Shown piece after piece: positions 39,676-52,789 of a DNA stretch of 64,000 nt. The stretch spans positions 72,602,001 through 72,666,000 of the forward strand of contig NC_042997.1 in the NCBI RefSeq assembly GCF_006345805.1, read 5' to 3'. Every line of letters begins with the position of its first letter. Within the stretch, counting starts at the first letter, position 1. The DNA comes from Octopus sinensis. Lineage: Eukaryota. A program made the position numbers and the translations under genes. A model generated the notes under the pieces. It saw only the letters and a list, made by a program, of their open reading frames with translations. It had not been told where the DNA came from and did no database searches.

Positions 39676-40328
39676 ATCAAATACTTCACACTCTGCTACT
39701 TTGTGCAACCATTTGATTCTCGGTATAGAGTGCAAACATCGCTGATGAAATAGCTCTAATAATTTGAGGTGCCTTCTATACGCTACCCAAGTCTCATATA
39801 AGTAAAGAAGGGATTAAAGCACATAAGCATTGTACACAACAACTCTTGTGTGTCTGGTAATATTTCTATTAGACGAAACTCGCCCTTGAAGATTCTTGAA
39901 AGCCTGAGATGCTTTATGAAGACGATTCGCTATTTCATTATCTAAAGAACAAACATAATTCGGCACACTTCCAAGATATGTGCATTTACCTACAATATCC
40001 AGTATTATGTTTTGTTGAAAAACCTCAGCTTCATAATGTGAGTTCGAAGCTGGTTAAAATATAACAATAGTGTTGTCTAGATTTATTATTAGCCCAAAAT
40101 CAATACAGGATTCACCAAGTTTAATTATTGGGCGCTGCATGTCCTCTGACTGAATGGGTTACCAAGTCACAGTAATCTGCGTACATTATATATATGTGTA
40201 ATGGAAATAATAATCAGAATGGCTGACAACTAAATACTGAAATTAATAAAAGAATATATACGGTTAAGTGTCTTTGATAAGTACGTTTCGTGTTTTGAAA
40301 TTGCATTTCATTTATTTCTTTTCTACAG

Positions 40329-40406
40329 AAAATGAGCAGATGATAAAAGAAAATAATGCATTTCGTGAATCAAGGTTCACTCAAAAACAAGAATTAGACA
40401 TTCCGG
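40329..40406 (+). CDS. Internal coding exon (78 nt, phase 1-1); NEQMIKENNAFRESRFTQKQELDIP
   Basis: Acceptor TTTATTTCTTTTCTACAG, donor CGG|GTAATA, open frame, ends D-I-P. Confidence 0.85.
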
Positions 40407-40458
40407 GTAATAATTTCCAAACTTTATGTCTCCAACATCCATAATCCCTAGAATTTCC

Positions 40459-40525
<67 letters not shown>

Positions 40526-40568
40526 CAATGATGGAAGCAATAATCGTAAAAATGTGCAATGTGACCAT

Positions 40569-40718
40569 AGACGCAGGCATGGCCGTGTGGTAAGGAGTTT
40601 GCTTCCCAACCACATAGATTTGGGTTCAGTACCACTGCGTGGCACCTTGGTCAAGTATCTCTTAGTATAGTCTCGGGCCGACCAAAGCCTTGCGAGTGGA
40701 TTTGGTAGACAGAAACTG
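40569..40718 (+). mobile_element. SINE family A, head
   Basis: GCAGGCATGGCCGTGTGGTAAG..GGTTCAGTACCACTGCGTGGCACC. Confidence 0.85.
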
Positions 40719-40827
40719 TATGTATGTATATATGTATGCGTGTATATATATATCTGCGTGTGTGACTGTCAATAGGCATTATCTATGCTAATGAAAAAAA
40801 TCAAGCTAGAAAGTATCCAAAACATTA

Positions 40828-40868
<41 letters not shown>

Positions 40869-40959
40869 TACGTGCCCTCGCGCGTGTGTAATGTTTTGGA
40901 TAATTCTAACTTGAGTTTTTCCTTAGCATAGGTAATGCCCATTGACAGTCATGTTAGTA

Positions 40960-42130
40960 ACTTTCCTTGTATTACGCTGAAAGGAGGCCTTGGCATGCCG
41001 TGGTTACTGATGCGCAGACAGGCGCTCAGGCTACGGCATCTCAAGCGTTTCCTAGACGGTGAACAGGTGTGGTCGTCTTTTGTCAGACGCGACTTTCCGC
41101 AGCTCGTCTCTTTGACAGAGCTGCAGACCTGGATCAAACGCAGACCGAGAAAGGGCGCTTGGCACCTCGAATGCCGTCAAGCTCTCTCCGCCCTCCGCCA
41201 AGCGGGCAATGTGATCGGTAGTAGTTTCACTCTAGCGTTCTATAGAGGGTTAGTGGAAGAAAAGTGCGACGACGTTCTCGGGGAAACTCTAGGCGTTGAC
41301 GATAACGAGCTGAGCAGTGTGTTCGGAAGGACTTTCGGGCCGGGGCCAATGGATAATTTCCAGAGGTCCCTCGCCTGGCAGTGTTACCGAGGGGATCTGC
41401 CTGTTCGAGATAAACTCTACCGGCACGGAAGTGCCGTCAGCCGGACCTGCCCGAGGTACTGCCAGGACGACGAAACCGTTGTGCACGCATTCGTCCAGTG
41501 TCCGAGTATTGCTGAACTATGGGTTTATGTCGAACAGCTACTGTCGCGTATAGGATGGATCCAGCTATCAGCTGAATCCATAGTGAAGATTGCCCCGCCG
41601 ACCTCCTTTAACCGGGAGGGCAAGGCAGTTTTCCTTTGCCTAGTGGCTGTAGCGAAAGAGGTGGTATGGTGGACCCGTTTGGAAGGGCTAAGGTCAGACA
41701 CTTTCCTCTTTGGCCCAGGCCTCATCAACTTTTTTCAAGTTTCACTTGGAAAGGAAGATGAGAGTAGAGAGGGAAGTGCTGTCCGATAGCAAGTTTACTT
41801 AAAGGTGGATAAATGTCGCAAAACTGGCCAGTGTGAAAGGAGCCATTCTGAGAATACACCTGTAATTTAAAAAGGTATTACAAAAAGAGAAAGGGGTTCT
41901 CTACCCCCTTTTGACCAGGCTCCCGTTGGCTTTTATGGGTTTTTTCTACCAGGAACCTTTCATAACGCCTCCCCCTATTGGGAGTTTTTCGTTGTTATAA
42001 TTTTTCGTTGTTACAGTTTTTACACGTTTTTTTTTCAAACGGACAAAAAGCCCTTTTTAACCTTTCGTCCTGTTTTGTCCCTTTATGTTTTAATTAATTT
42101 TTGTCAGCCCTTGTGGCCAATAAAAGAATT
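40960..42130 (+). mobile_element. 5'-truncated L1/Tx1-clade LINE (ORF2 C-terminus with zf-RVT-like motif)
   Basis: ORF 40935-41789 GGLGMP..AWQCYRGDLPVRDKL..CPRYC..ETVVHAFVQCP; ends in (ATT)n. Confidence 0.85.
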
Positions 42131-42131
42131 A

Positions 42132-42179
<48 letters not shown>

Positions 42180-42630
42180 TTGATAATTTCATAACTTTTA
42201 AAACATCTTGGTTCCCTTATATTGGAAATACCCCCGCCCACCAAAAAACAAATTTACTCCCTAGACCAGTACTGCTTCACTCCCTTACGCACGGACTTCG
42301 TAGCCCTAAGATGGTAGATTATACGCTTTTAATAATTTGGACTTCCGGACATATTTTCTAGGTCATGTTTGCTTTCCTATTCCTTCTTTCTTTTGTTTAT
42401 TTTGGATGCTTTTGTTTTACTCTGATGAAGCACCGTGTCCTGATTCAAATGTCCTATGAAGATGAAGAATTTTATTTTCGCAATTGATTCTAAACATTGA
42501 TCGGCACCGGATGCGAAAACGGTCGTAAGATTTGCTATGTCACATAAATGTTATGCCATGTTTTGTATTAAATGATAATGTGGTCCAATTGATGCGCTTT
42601 TTGATCTGTGGTTTTCTTAATTTTCTGATG
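42180..42630 (+). mobile_element. Penelope-like tail with degenerate hammerhead core
   Basis: CTGATGAAGCACCGTGTCC...GGCACCGGATGCGAAAACGGTCGTAAGA at about 42421-42530. Confidence 0.45.
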
Positions 42631-42639
42631 ATATATATA

Positions 42640-44460
42640 CTAGCAGAGATACCCGGCTTTTCCCGTGTCACATGGAATTGAAGAATTAGACTTTTATTTT
42701 ATATTTTCTCTAAGGAAATGGAATAGCTGTGATTCAAATTTCATCAAAATTGCAGATTAAGAATTTCAATGAGGGTTCTTTCCTTCTTTACACATCCTAA
42801 CAAAAATTCTAACCATGACATATTTACCCCAGATTTATGTCCAGATTCCAAAATCGAAATCTTATGAAACCTATTAAAAGGTTTTTACTCCTGAAAAATG
42901 TGGCACATGAGGCTTTAAAATGTGGAAGTTAAGGTCTCTATTGTGTGTGTGTGGGGGTGGGGGGGCAGAGGCGTCTTAAAGTCAACCAGAGAAGTTGAAT
43001 TGTTGGGAATCTTTTTTAACTTGTGTCTTATATCAATTGTTCAAATTTCTTTAAAATCGAAAATATATGAATGTTCACTGGGTTTGTAAAAGAGAGCAAA
43101 GCTACAGTAAACCAAGAGACGAATGATCACAATAAACAGTCAGCTACCCTACACTAGTCGTTACCACTCCCAATGTAGGATTCCTCACCATACATGTGAT
43201 GGGCAAAGCTGTAAGATGCGTTATGGATCTATAGCAATTGGAAGGGCGTAAACCAACTGAAATAAACATTAACAACTGTGTGACGTGAGGGCTAATGGGA
43301 AAGGAAAGTGTCACCTCTGGAATTTGTCAATGATCACTATGCCGATAAGTAACTGGACAGCATAAATTTGCAATCTATAAATCTCTTTGAATGACCAGTC
43401 ACTTATCTGGGAAAGCCTTGAAATCAATGTTACCACCTGGGAACTATCTCTTACCCATTGATAATAAAAAGATTAAAAGGAGGTCAGCAACCAAATAACT
43501 TTACTCAAAATAATACTTGGAACTGAATCAATGGAGGCAAAGATGTCTCTCCTTTACTTTACAATTCATGCACCACATTGCAGAAATCACAATCTAAGTA
43601 TATCTCAAAGCAAACTCTTACAGTGTTGTACCATTGAATTATAAATAATGCTCATCTTGTATGCTCGGGTGACTCTACAGCTTCTAAGACTACAATTGTA
43701 TTCGTATTGACTTAGGAAAAATGACTAAATTGTAGGAGTTAAGCCCTGATTAGGGGGTCTTACTAACTCCTAAGAAGTTGAAATTTTAGGAATATTACTT
43801 CATTTAAATGGCGGTGCCCCAGCATGGCCACAGCTCGTGAGCTGAAACTAGAATCAATCAATCATTTGTGTCTAATATCTATGGTTAAAATTTCATCAAA
43901 AGCAAAAATAGATGAATTTTCATTGGGGTTATGGCCTCATTTATGCCCCCCCCCCACTTTCAAACATATACTGCATTACATCTGTCCTTATGCATAGAAT
44001 ATAATTTCCAAATTTCATCAAGATCCGTTCAATAATTTTGAACTAGTTTTGGATCATAAAAAATTACTAAAATTTGGGAGTTAAGGCCCACATTAGGGGG
44101 TCTTCGAATCCTCATGACAAGCGGAAACTTTGGGAATACTTCTTGGTGTGTGTCAATTACCTATGGTTGAAATTTCATCAACATCGGAAATTTATGAATT
44201 TTCTTGGGGTGTTCTTCCCCCTTTAAGCCCCCTCAAATTTAAACGAAACATACTGCATTATACTCGCCCTTATGCATTGAATCTAAGTTCCAAATATCAT
44301 AAGAATCCATCCAGTAATTTTGGTCCATGAAATTGTATGAAATACACAGCATTACCATTCTCCCTAGGCTTGGATTTTGTGTCCTAAATTTCATTAGGAT
44401 CGGTGCAGTAGTTTTCGAATCTATAAGTAACACAGGAACACACATAAAGACATAATAAAT
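42640..44460 (-). mobile_element. Non-autonomous Helitron-like element with recurring AAATTTCATCAA motifs
   Basis: CTAG plus CCCGG-type hairpin at 42640; its 5' end is repeated in inverted orientation at 44580-44720 around a (TA)n core. Confidence 0.55.
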
Positions 44461-44514
44461 ATAAATATGCACATATACATGCATGTTTATGTGTGTGTGT
44501 GTATTATAATATAT

Positions 44515-44583
<69 letters not shown>

Positions 44584-44719
44584 ACACACACACACATAAA
44601 CATGCATGTATATGTGCATATTTATATCTATTATATAAAAGTCAATGTCTTTATGTGTGTTCCTGTGTTACTTATAGATTCGAAAAATTCTGCACCGATC
44701 CTAACGAAATTTGGGACAC

Positions 44720-44777
<58 letters not shown>

Positions 44778-45067
44778 TTAATATGAGGGTGAGAAATTAG
44801 ATATTAATTTAATTAACATCGATTTCACACCAGTGGTCTAGCATATAAAAACACTGAAGGTTCAGTAAAATTGTATTATATACATATTAGAGGGAAACCA
44901 CTATGTGGACACCCTTATGCTAGAAATAGATCCGCTATGGTCTTACCACTAAGAAATGTTCTCAAGAAAAATTTTGCAAAACAACCAAAGCGTAATCGAG
45001 CAAGACAAAAGAAAAAGCAATAAAAATATGGATTATTCGCATATATGTTTCACTATTAACATATTAC

Positions 45068-45364
45068 ATAATTTTACTTACATAAATGTCCGTAGATCAT
45101 CGGTGCGACCGTCCAGATGAATATAATTTGCAGGACTGCATACTAGGACGTCCGCCCAAAGCCAGACTTGTAGACAGTTCTACCGATTTTTCCGGTAATT
45201 TAGCGCGCCAGAACGAGGACATTTGAAATAGTAACCAGGAGTCTAATGGGTAGCACTGCTTACAAGTCTGGCTTTGGGCGGACGACCTAGTATGCAGTCC
45301 TGCAAATTATCTTCATCTGGACGGTCGCACCGATGATCTACGGACATTTACGTAAGTAAAATTA
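45068..45364. repeat. Fold-back with about 100-bp arms within a repeat family also seen at about 1-480
   Basis: ATGTCCGTAGATCATCGGTGCGACCGTCC... mirrored; 44790-45230 resembles 1-480. Confidence 0.8.
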
Positions 45365-45427
45365 CGTATATATATATATATATACATACATACATACTTA
45401 CACACACACACACACACACAACACACA

Positions 45428-45492
<65 letters not shown>

Positions 45493-45559
45493 CTATATAT
45501 ATATATAGTGGAGTAAGTAAGAAGAAAAAAGCGAATATGCACATTGAATATCAAAAATA

Positions 45560-46260
45560 AAAGGCATTTTTATGAAAAGTAGCGATAAATAAATACGATT
45601 AAATGAACTGCGGTAGAATTAAGAGGAATTAAATTCATTACTTTGAATTGTTAAAGAGATTCAAAGTCAAACCGGTATCGGTTCACTGGCTTTGAATGCG
45701 CACCGATTATCAAACGGTGTCGGGTCTACTAGTCCTTGAGTAAAAAGATAGTATAAGGAATGTAAGTAGTTCTGGACGTGGTACAATTAGGGTCGATATA
45801 ATACTGTAATATGAATGGTGTATGGAATGTATGGGTGTTAGTGGTATTATTGGTAAGGTTAGTAGTGTTCTGTATTATGTTCTGTTCATGTTAAGTTGCG
45901 GATGATATTTATTGATGAAAGTTGCTTCTTTATTCATTCTTTACTGTACTGAAGTGTTCTGTGAACATTGATAGAAGGGGAAAATTAGGAAATTAGGATT
46001 AATGTTCCTAGCACACCTATCTATGTGTTCACAGACCTGTATCGGTCTGTATTATGGGTGATGATTTTTTCTTTGTGATATTCCTGTTTGGCCAATACAC
46101 TGATTACAAGTAATGGCATAGATTAGGTTTCGCGAGGGACAGGTGAAATTTGATTTAATCTTAAATATTTCACCTTGTTTAAAGTGGAACTCTATACCCT
46201 CCAAAAGGTGGGGGCATGTGCCACAGTTAGGCCGACCACAGTTTTCCACTCAGTTCATCT
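45560..46260 (-). mobile_element. Penelope-like (Neptune-type Cys linker) GIY-YIG fragment and tail
   Basis: ORF 46052-46249 CGRPNCGTCPHL..FTCPSRNLIYAITC..IGQT. Confidence 0.75.
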
Positions 46261-46346
46261 AATTTTATTTATTTATCGCTACTTTTCATAAAAAGCCTTT
46301 AGGTTTTTGATATTCAATGTGCATTTTTCTTTCTTCTTATACATAC

Positions 46347-46707
46347 GTAGGCAGGCGTGACTATGTGGTAAGAAGCTTGCTTCCCAACCACATGGTTCCG
46401 GATTCAGTCTCACTGCATGGCATCTTCTACTATAGCCGCAGGACGACCAAAGACTTGTGAGTGAATTTGGTAGACGGAAACTGAAAGAAGCCCATTGTAT
46501 ATGTATATATGTACATATATTTATGTGTTTGTCTTTGTGTCGGTCTTTGTTCCTCTACCATCGCTTGTCAACCGATGTCAGTGTGTCTATGTATCCGTAA
46601 CCTAATGGTTCGGCAAAAGAGACAGATAGAATAAGTACTAGGCTTGCAAAGAATAAGAAGTGCTCCAGCATGGCTGTAGTCAAATGACTTAAACGTGTAA
46701 AAGAATA
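46347..46707 (+). mobile_element. SINE family A
   Basis: Homologous to 3537-3942. Confidence 0.85.
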
Positions 46708-46989
46708 ATGGAATATATATATAAGCGTGTATGTGCATCCGTAAGTGAGTGACTGTGTGTATATGCCCTTTTCATATTTGCGTTTTAAATGCATGCACGA
46801 ACACCTGTATCCACATTTATGCTTATGTCACACAAATTAGCGATTCGAACCACCGATTTGATGATTAGCGATTAATAAAGTAAGTGTCGGTTTCAAAACA
46901 TGAATGCTGACCTCGATATGACCAATATGGCCACTTAAACTCTTTGTAAGTGCTGCACCTACACGCCTGCCTATAAGTCAAAGGATGAT

Positions 46990-47205
46990 ATTGGTTTCAA
47001 ATTTTGGCTCATGGCCGGTAGTTTAGGGGCTGGGGTAAGTCGATTACTTCGACCTTAGTGCTCAAATGATACCTATTTTATTGAACCCGAAAGGATGAAG
47101 GGAAAATCGACCTCGGCGGAATTTGAGCTCAGAAAATAAAGACAGAGTAAATGCCGCTAAGTATTTTACCTGGCGTGCTAACGATTCTACCAGCTCGCCG
47201 TTTGA
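46990..47205 (-). mobile_element. SINE family B
   Basis: CGACCTCGGCGGAATTTGAGCTCAGAA motif. Confidence 0.8.
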
Positions 47206-47971
47206 TTGAAAAAAATATGAAAGCAATTTGCAGGTAAGTTTGATGTAAAAGAATTCCTCAAAAGACTTCATTAAACTCATATTGAACAATAGAATATTCT
47301 TTGGATCTTTTCTGCTTGGCTGCCATTTTTCATTTTCTTCAATTTTTGTTCCAATTGATTTCATGTTTGGCGTATTGGTGAAGTTTTGTAAAGTAAACTT
47401 TGACATGAAATTCTGTTTTACCATAAATCAATAAAAAAGTGTTAATAGCTTTTAAAGTTTACAGATTTGGGTAATTTTAGTCAGTCGAAAGCCACAGACA
47501 TATAGGTTTCTGTTTCCATAGTAACAAACCAAACTGTGACTAAGCTGCTTACAACGTGTTCGTTTTGTCGCTTTTTAAATGCATAAATCACATGCGGTAG
47601 ATATGCGATTAAATAATAGCTAAATAGGCCTTAAATCACGCGTGTAGAATAGAAATCCGCAAAACTTACTGAAAATTTCAAAAAATTAAAAAGTTACGAG
47701 GGGCTATATGACGTGCGTAAGGCAGAGTTTCGCAATATTTCATTTGTTTACAGTATAGACGATACGTGCTGTCACGCACAAAATGACAGGTTCCAAATCC
47801 CGTATTCTGACTGGGTAAAAATGATCTTTAAATCTCTGTAACTTTTTTTTTTAATTCTGGGGAAAGTGAAGTATCTCTTCAGTGTGGAAAATTACACCAA
47901 TACACAAAATTTTAAAATTTTCACTAAAGTTTAAAAGGTTCCTATTTAAATTCATTTCTCCTACCTTGCAG

Positions 47972-48049
47972 TAGTTGAACCGAAAGAAAGACCAACCCAT
48001 GCATTGCGTAATATAATACTCGCTCACAAAAAAGAAATGGACATTCCAG
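47972..48049 (+). CDS. Internal coding exon (78 nt, phase 1-1); (V)VEPKERPTHALRNIILAHKKEMDIP
   Basis: Acceptor TTCATTTCTCCTACCTTGCAG, donor CAG|GTAAGG, open frame, ends D-I-P. Confidence 0.88.
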
Positions 48050-48099
48050 GTAAGGATTTTCAAACATCATGTCTCCAATTTCTATAATCAACAGAAATT

Positions 48100-51000
48100 A
48101 ACCAAAGTAATAGAAAAGATGTTTTGCAAACAACTTGCACATGCAAGTACTGGAAGTCGAAAGCTCCGCATACTGGAAGCCAGCAAGTGTATGGGGTCAT
48201 CAGGAGAGAATGCGTGCCGTTTCGGAGCCTATCTCTCGACGGCAACATTGCGCACCGGCCCCACCTCTCCTCTTAAAATGATCAACTGCTAGATCAACTG
48301 GTTATCAGATATAGCTCAGTATTCTTCTAGCTTCGCTCATCGTCTCTTTTAACCAAATCTAGGGGCTTGCCTTTTCCACTGTAGTTTGGCTATCACTCAT
48401 GGTGTTATTTGCTTTACGATGAGTTAGGCCTAACGATAACAACAGTCGCCTCACTCTGTGTCCAACGAATCCTCTACATCAGACTTCGATTGAAAAATGT
48501 TCCGCTTTCCAGCCTGCGTCTTCACATTCCACGAGGAGGTTTACATAACCGTCAATCTTTCGAGCCCGTCCATGTTATCTTTATGAGGAACCCGTAACTC
48601 GACTAGATTTACTACTTTCTTTCACACGATATTATGATATCCGGTTTCTTCGTAACTGGGATAGGAAAGAATCCATGGTAAATCTGCAGCCACTTCCCAA
48701 TAGCCGTTCCACTCTTCATCGCTCATAGGAAGTTTCTTCTTCTTGAAACGGGTCTGCTGTCCTGAGCGCACGTAGGTATTGAAATTTCTGGTTGCTTCTT
48801 TCAATGGTTTTTTTTGCCACTGTTGATGAGAATAATTTGGTTCTTTATAACATGGAGTATAACCTCATGGACTAGATTGTGTCTCCATGTATATCTATTC
48901 AATGCCAGTGAACAGCTGGAAAGAATATGTTTCGGTGTTTCGACTTTTCCGCATCTGCATATACCATTTTCTGAGACGTTCCATCTAACTAGATTTGTAA
49001 GCGATGGCAAGATATCGTAGGCTGAACGAATCAGAAAACTTACCCGTGATGTAGTCCACCTCCATATCTTATTCCAACTTATTTTTCTCTCACCAACGTG
49101 TTCCTCCCATTTTGCCATTTGTCCTTGTTGAGCGCATTGGATTAAATGAAGCTCTCTTCTCTCTGTTACCCTTGCTTTGAAGTTGTTGCTAACAGATCTG
49201 CGTTCGCTCCGAATCATGCTTACAAATGGTTTGAACCGATTTGTGTTGCACCCACCATATCTTGATGTGTAAGTGAAAACAGGATGTCATTAGTCTCTGC
49301 TTCTGCTTTCCACTTCCTGGCTGTTTTTACATCTAGTGGATTACGCCTGATTTCTGTATCCTCAGTATCATCACCATTTGTACCTTTCTTAGTTTAAAAT
49401 TTTCGACTATTGATGCCAGAGGTATCTGCAATGAGCCTCTTTTACGATAGAGCTGAACTGTTCAATATCCGAGATAGGCCTTGCACTTACTAATGAACAC
49501 ATTATACTTTTGTTCAATGATTTGAACTCGTGACAATGCCGCTTCGTATATTAGAATTGGCCACGAAAGGCACGGATACAAGCCGAACTGTAAGCACCAT
49601 ATTTGATATTTATCTGGTAGCTTTGAGCTATCAATTGTTGATAACCCATCTTCGACTTGTTTCATAGTTTGCATCCCGCGACTCCTATCTGACAATACAC
49701 GCCCCAAGCTCTTTACGGGTTCTTCCTTGACCGTTAGAATGCTTTCTTCAGTTATTTTACAGTTAACTTCTTTTTGCACTCCCTTAATAAACGTCAGACT
49801 ACGCGACGTTTTTGCCCTGAATTGCATCCTTCACCACTTCACAAGCTCGTCTAGCCTCAAGATAGCACTCTTTTTGGTTTGCTTGTCTGTCGACAGAAGT
49901 GTTACGTCATACATGAAGGCCTTCTTAGGTGATTATACATGGGCGATTTGTTCTGAAAGATCCGCTGCTTTCAAAATCATTTCCATGATAAACTACATGA
50001 CATATTGTATAGCCAGTAGCAATGCCAATGTCCAATCGGTGCTAATCTGTTGTAAAATTTCCAGCTGTAAGCCTCATCTCGAGACTTTCATAGTATACCC
50101 TCATTAATCTTGCTACTTTCTTCGGAATGTGGAAGTGGTCCATGGCTGTCATCAGTAATTCGTGTGGAACTGAGCAATATACATTAGTTAGATCAAGCCA
50201 TACCATGTTAAGACTTGTCTTATTCTGTTTGGCACCTTGGATTGCTTTCCAAATCGAAAAACAATGCTCAACGCATCCAGGGATGCGTTGAGCAGGATTC
50301 CAGCCTTTTGAACAGATTCATCAACATATCCATTACTATGTAGATATGCCACTGTTCTTGAGAGAAGTCCCATAAAGATCTTGCTTTCAAAATTCAATAA
50401 GGATATCGGCCTAAACTGTTTTATAGTCTCTGCATTGGCCTCCTTCGGCAGGTATATGCCTTCTGCTTTACACCAATCCTCTGCTAGAGTTTCTTCGTGC
50501 CACAACTCCCGAAGAAGGACAGACGCCAGGGGCACTCTGTTTTAGCTTTTCTCATAAAATCATTCACTTCTTTCTCCATGATGTCCCCAACTTGAAATTC
50601 GATATCAGGTTCTAAGAGATCAGTGTTTGATTATGGTTGAAATCGCTGTAGGTTTTCTTGATATAAGCGATCAGTTCTTTTGTACACGATAAAGTTCTAC
50701 TCTTCGGTTCAGTGAAGAGCTTCATATCTCATACCCGATACGAGTTCTTCAGAAACTGTTCACAAGTCCTTTTGCCTTCCTTCTCTCTTACTGGCGAATA
50801 TGCTGTTGCACATAACGACATTTCTTTTTCAAATCTTCGTACTGTTACGCGAGGCCAGGTTTTTCGTTTTCCTCAGTACATTTCCCTTGCTTTGTTAGGC
50901 TGTTCTTTTCCTTCCTCAACTGTTTCATTTTCCTGATCCTCCTGCTTGGTCCACACTTTCCTTTCGCTAATCGGATACCATCTTTCACTCCAAATAATTC

Positions 51001-51833
51001 CTTTCCTGTATCGTATATTGAGCTTGATAACTTTTCTAGTTTTTCCACTGTGGATCCTGTCATTCTATAAAGAGCTTGACATACCTTGTTCTTTATATTT
51101 TCCTTTCTCATTAGCAGCAGGCCACAGGACCTTCGGTTTCCTCCGAGTTCTATCTGATGCATCAGTCTCATAACCTGCAGTTTCTTATCGGGAAGAGAAC
51201 TTTACTGTAGCATTAATCAATCAGCTGTGGTTTGAGTCCGGGGATGATTTGCCCCGTATTTTACAATCAGATAATCCACACTGCTCTGTCCTCTTCTTAC
51301 AAGTTTTTCCCTGATGTACCTTCAGACATCTCACGTTTGCAAAGGTCCTACAGCAAGCTTGCATCCAAAATTGCTTGCACTTCGTTCGTTGTTCGAAGGA
51401 ATAGCCGTATTCAGGTCCAAGGTAATTTCCATGTTAACTGGGTTCGATTGATTCTCGACTCCCACCTCTTGGTCAATCATGGGGCTGTCATTCTCATTGG
51501 TAGTTGTTATAATATGTTACAGAAGCGAGGATTGTAAGTCCGCAGCCACTTTCGTGGCGTTGATATTGCCAGCTCGTCTTTACGAGCAGTCCTCTTGTCT
51601 TTCTAGGATGTCTAACTGTACTTCCGGTACGTCTTAGTTGTTTTGCAAATAACTTGCACATGCAAGTGCTACCAGTCGAAAGCTCCGCATACCGGAGGAC
51701 AGCAAGTGTATGGAGTCATCAGGAGAGTATGTGCGCCGTTTCAGGGCCTACTTGTCGACGGCATCATTGCGCACCGGCCCCACTCACTGAAATGAGGCCC
51801 CGCTTGCTAGATCAACTGGTTATCAGATATAGC
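48100..51833 (-). mobile_element. Hero/NeSL-like RLE LINE, near full span but frameshifted and deleted
   Basis: EGIYLPKEANAETIKQFRPISLLN; VDESVQKAG; VWLDL; RKISWNKIW..SFLIRSAYDILPS..CRCGKVETPKHILSSC..RYTWRHN; WEVAADLP. Confidence 0.85.
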
Positions 51834-52700
51834 AATAATGAAAGCAATTGTCTTGAACATATACAACGCAAATATAAGACCTCGACAACACACACGTTAT
51901 CAAAGAAAAATGAACATTTCCATCATGATGTATAACAAATTTTAAAACTCAGGCAGAAAGCCTAATTCAGCCACACCAAACATGTCTATTACAAAAATAT
52001 GAAAATGTTTTGATTGTGTAGAGTGGAATACATAACGTGCATACATACATAGGATTTATTTATAAGTTGTTTATAATTTTAACCCTAAAGGTATTTTGAT
52101 ATACTGTCACATTTTTTGATGGAATTTTTTTCTGTAAAAAAATTTCATCCTATATTAGTAGTAGACTTATTACTACTCGCTATAGGGACTGGTAACCACT
52201 ATAAGCTGTAGTGGAGAACAGTTCACACGTGTTCTGAGGCTGACCAAAGGATTCTATTTTTAGATATATCTGGGGTACTTATATGTACTCGTGATTTTTG
52301 CTTCGTTTTTTTTTTCCATGGGCGCATGTAAGTATCTTATTTATGTCTTTTCGTATTTTCTACTGAAGAGGAAAAAATCTATTATGAGATTAATTCCGAA
52401 ATTGATTCAATATAGAAATAACGAACTTTTTAAAAAAATTCTATTGGCTGGCTTTCCTCGTTTTCAGCTCTACGTGTTTTCTGTAGCGAGTAAATAATAT
52501 GTGGAAATTGACGATTTAAATGTCTGTTACCAGTATATTGGCATAGAAATAATTTTCTTTAGCCCTTATTTATAAGTTGTATATATATATATATATTGGT
52601 AAAAACGGTAAGATAGCAAAAGAAAGAAAGAGACCTCAATATTATGTAAATAGAGGAAATTTATCTGTAAAATAATATGTGACAATTATTCAATAGCCAA

Positions 52701-52759
52701 GATAAAACTGAGTTTCGGATGCCGAGGTGGAAATCCACAACCCCATCTCTTCGGTTATC
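52701..52759 (-). ncRNA. Hammerhead-like motif with U4C core (CCGAAGA) in short non-autonomous repeat (about 52600-52765)
   Basis: GAUAA/UUAUC stem I, GAUG/CAUC stem II with inner GUGGA/UCCAC hairpin, GAAAC(UCA)GUU. Confidence 0.55.
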
Positions 52760-52789
52760 TGGCCATCCATACATACACACATGCATATA

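Noticed and set aside
45655-45720. Possible second U3-A8 hammerhead (UUGAUAA..GAUACCGGU)
   Set aside because: GAAA is mutated and stem I does not pair; too degenerate to call
48150-48230. CTGATGA in the Hero-like terminal repeat as a hammerhead
   Set aside because: CTGATGA is on the minus strand but the GAAA after the stem is on the plus strand, so no valid fold; an HDV-like fold also could not be built by eye
52159-52191. 33-nt segment VVDLLLLAIGT with tandem AG acceptors
   Set aside because: Moderate splice sites only, no motif support; left uncalled
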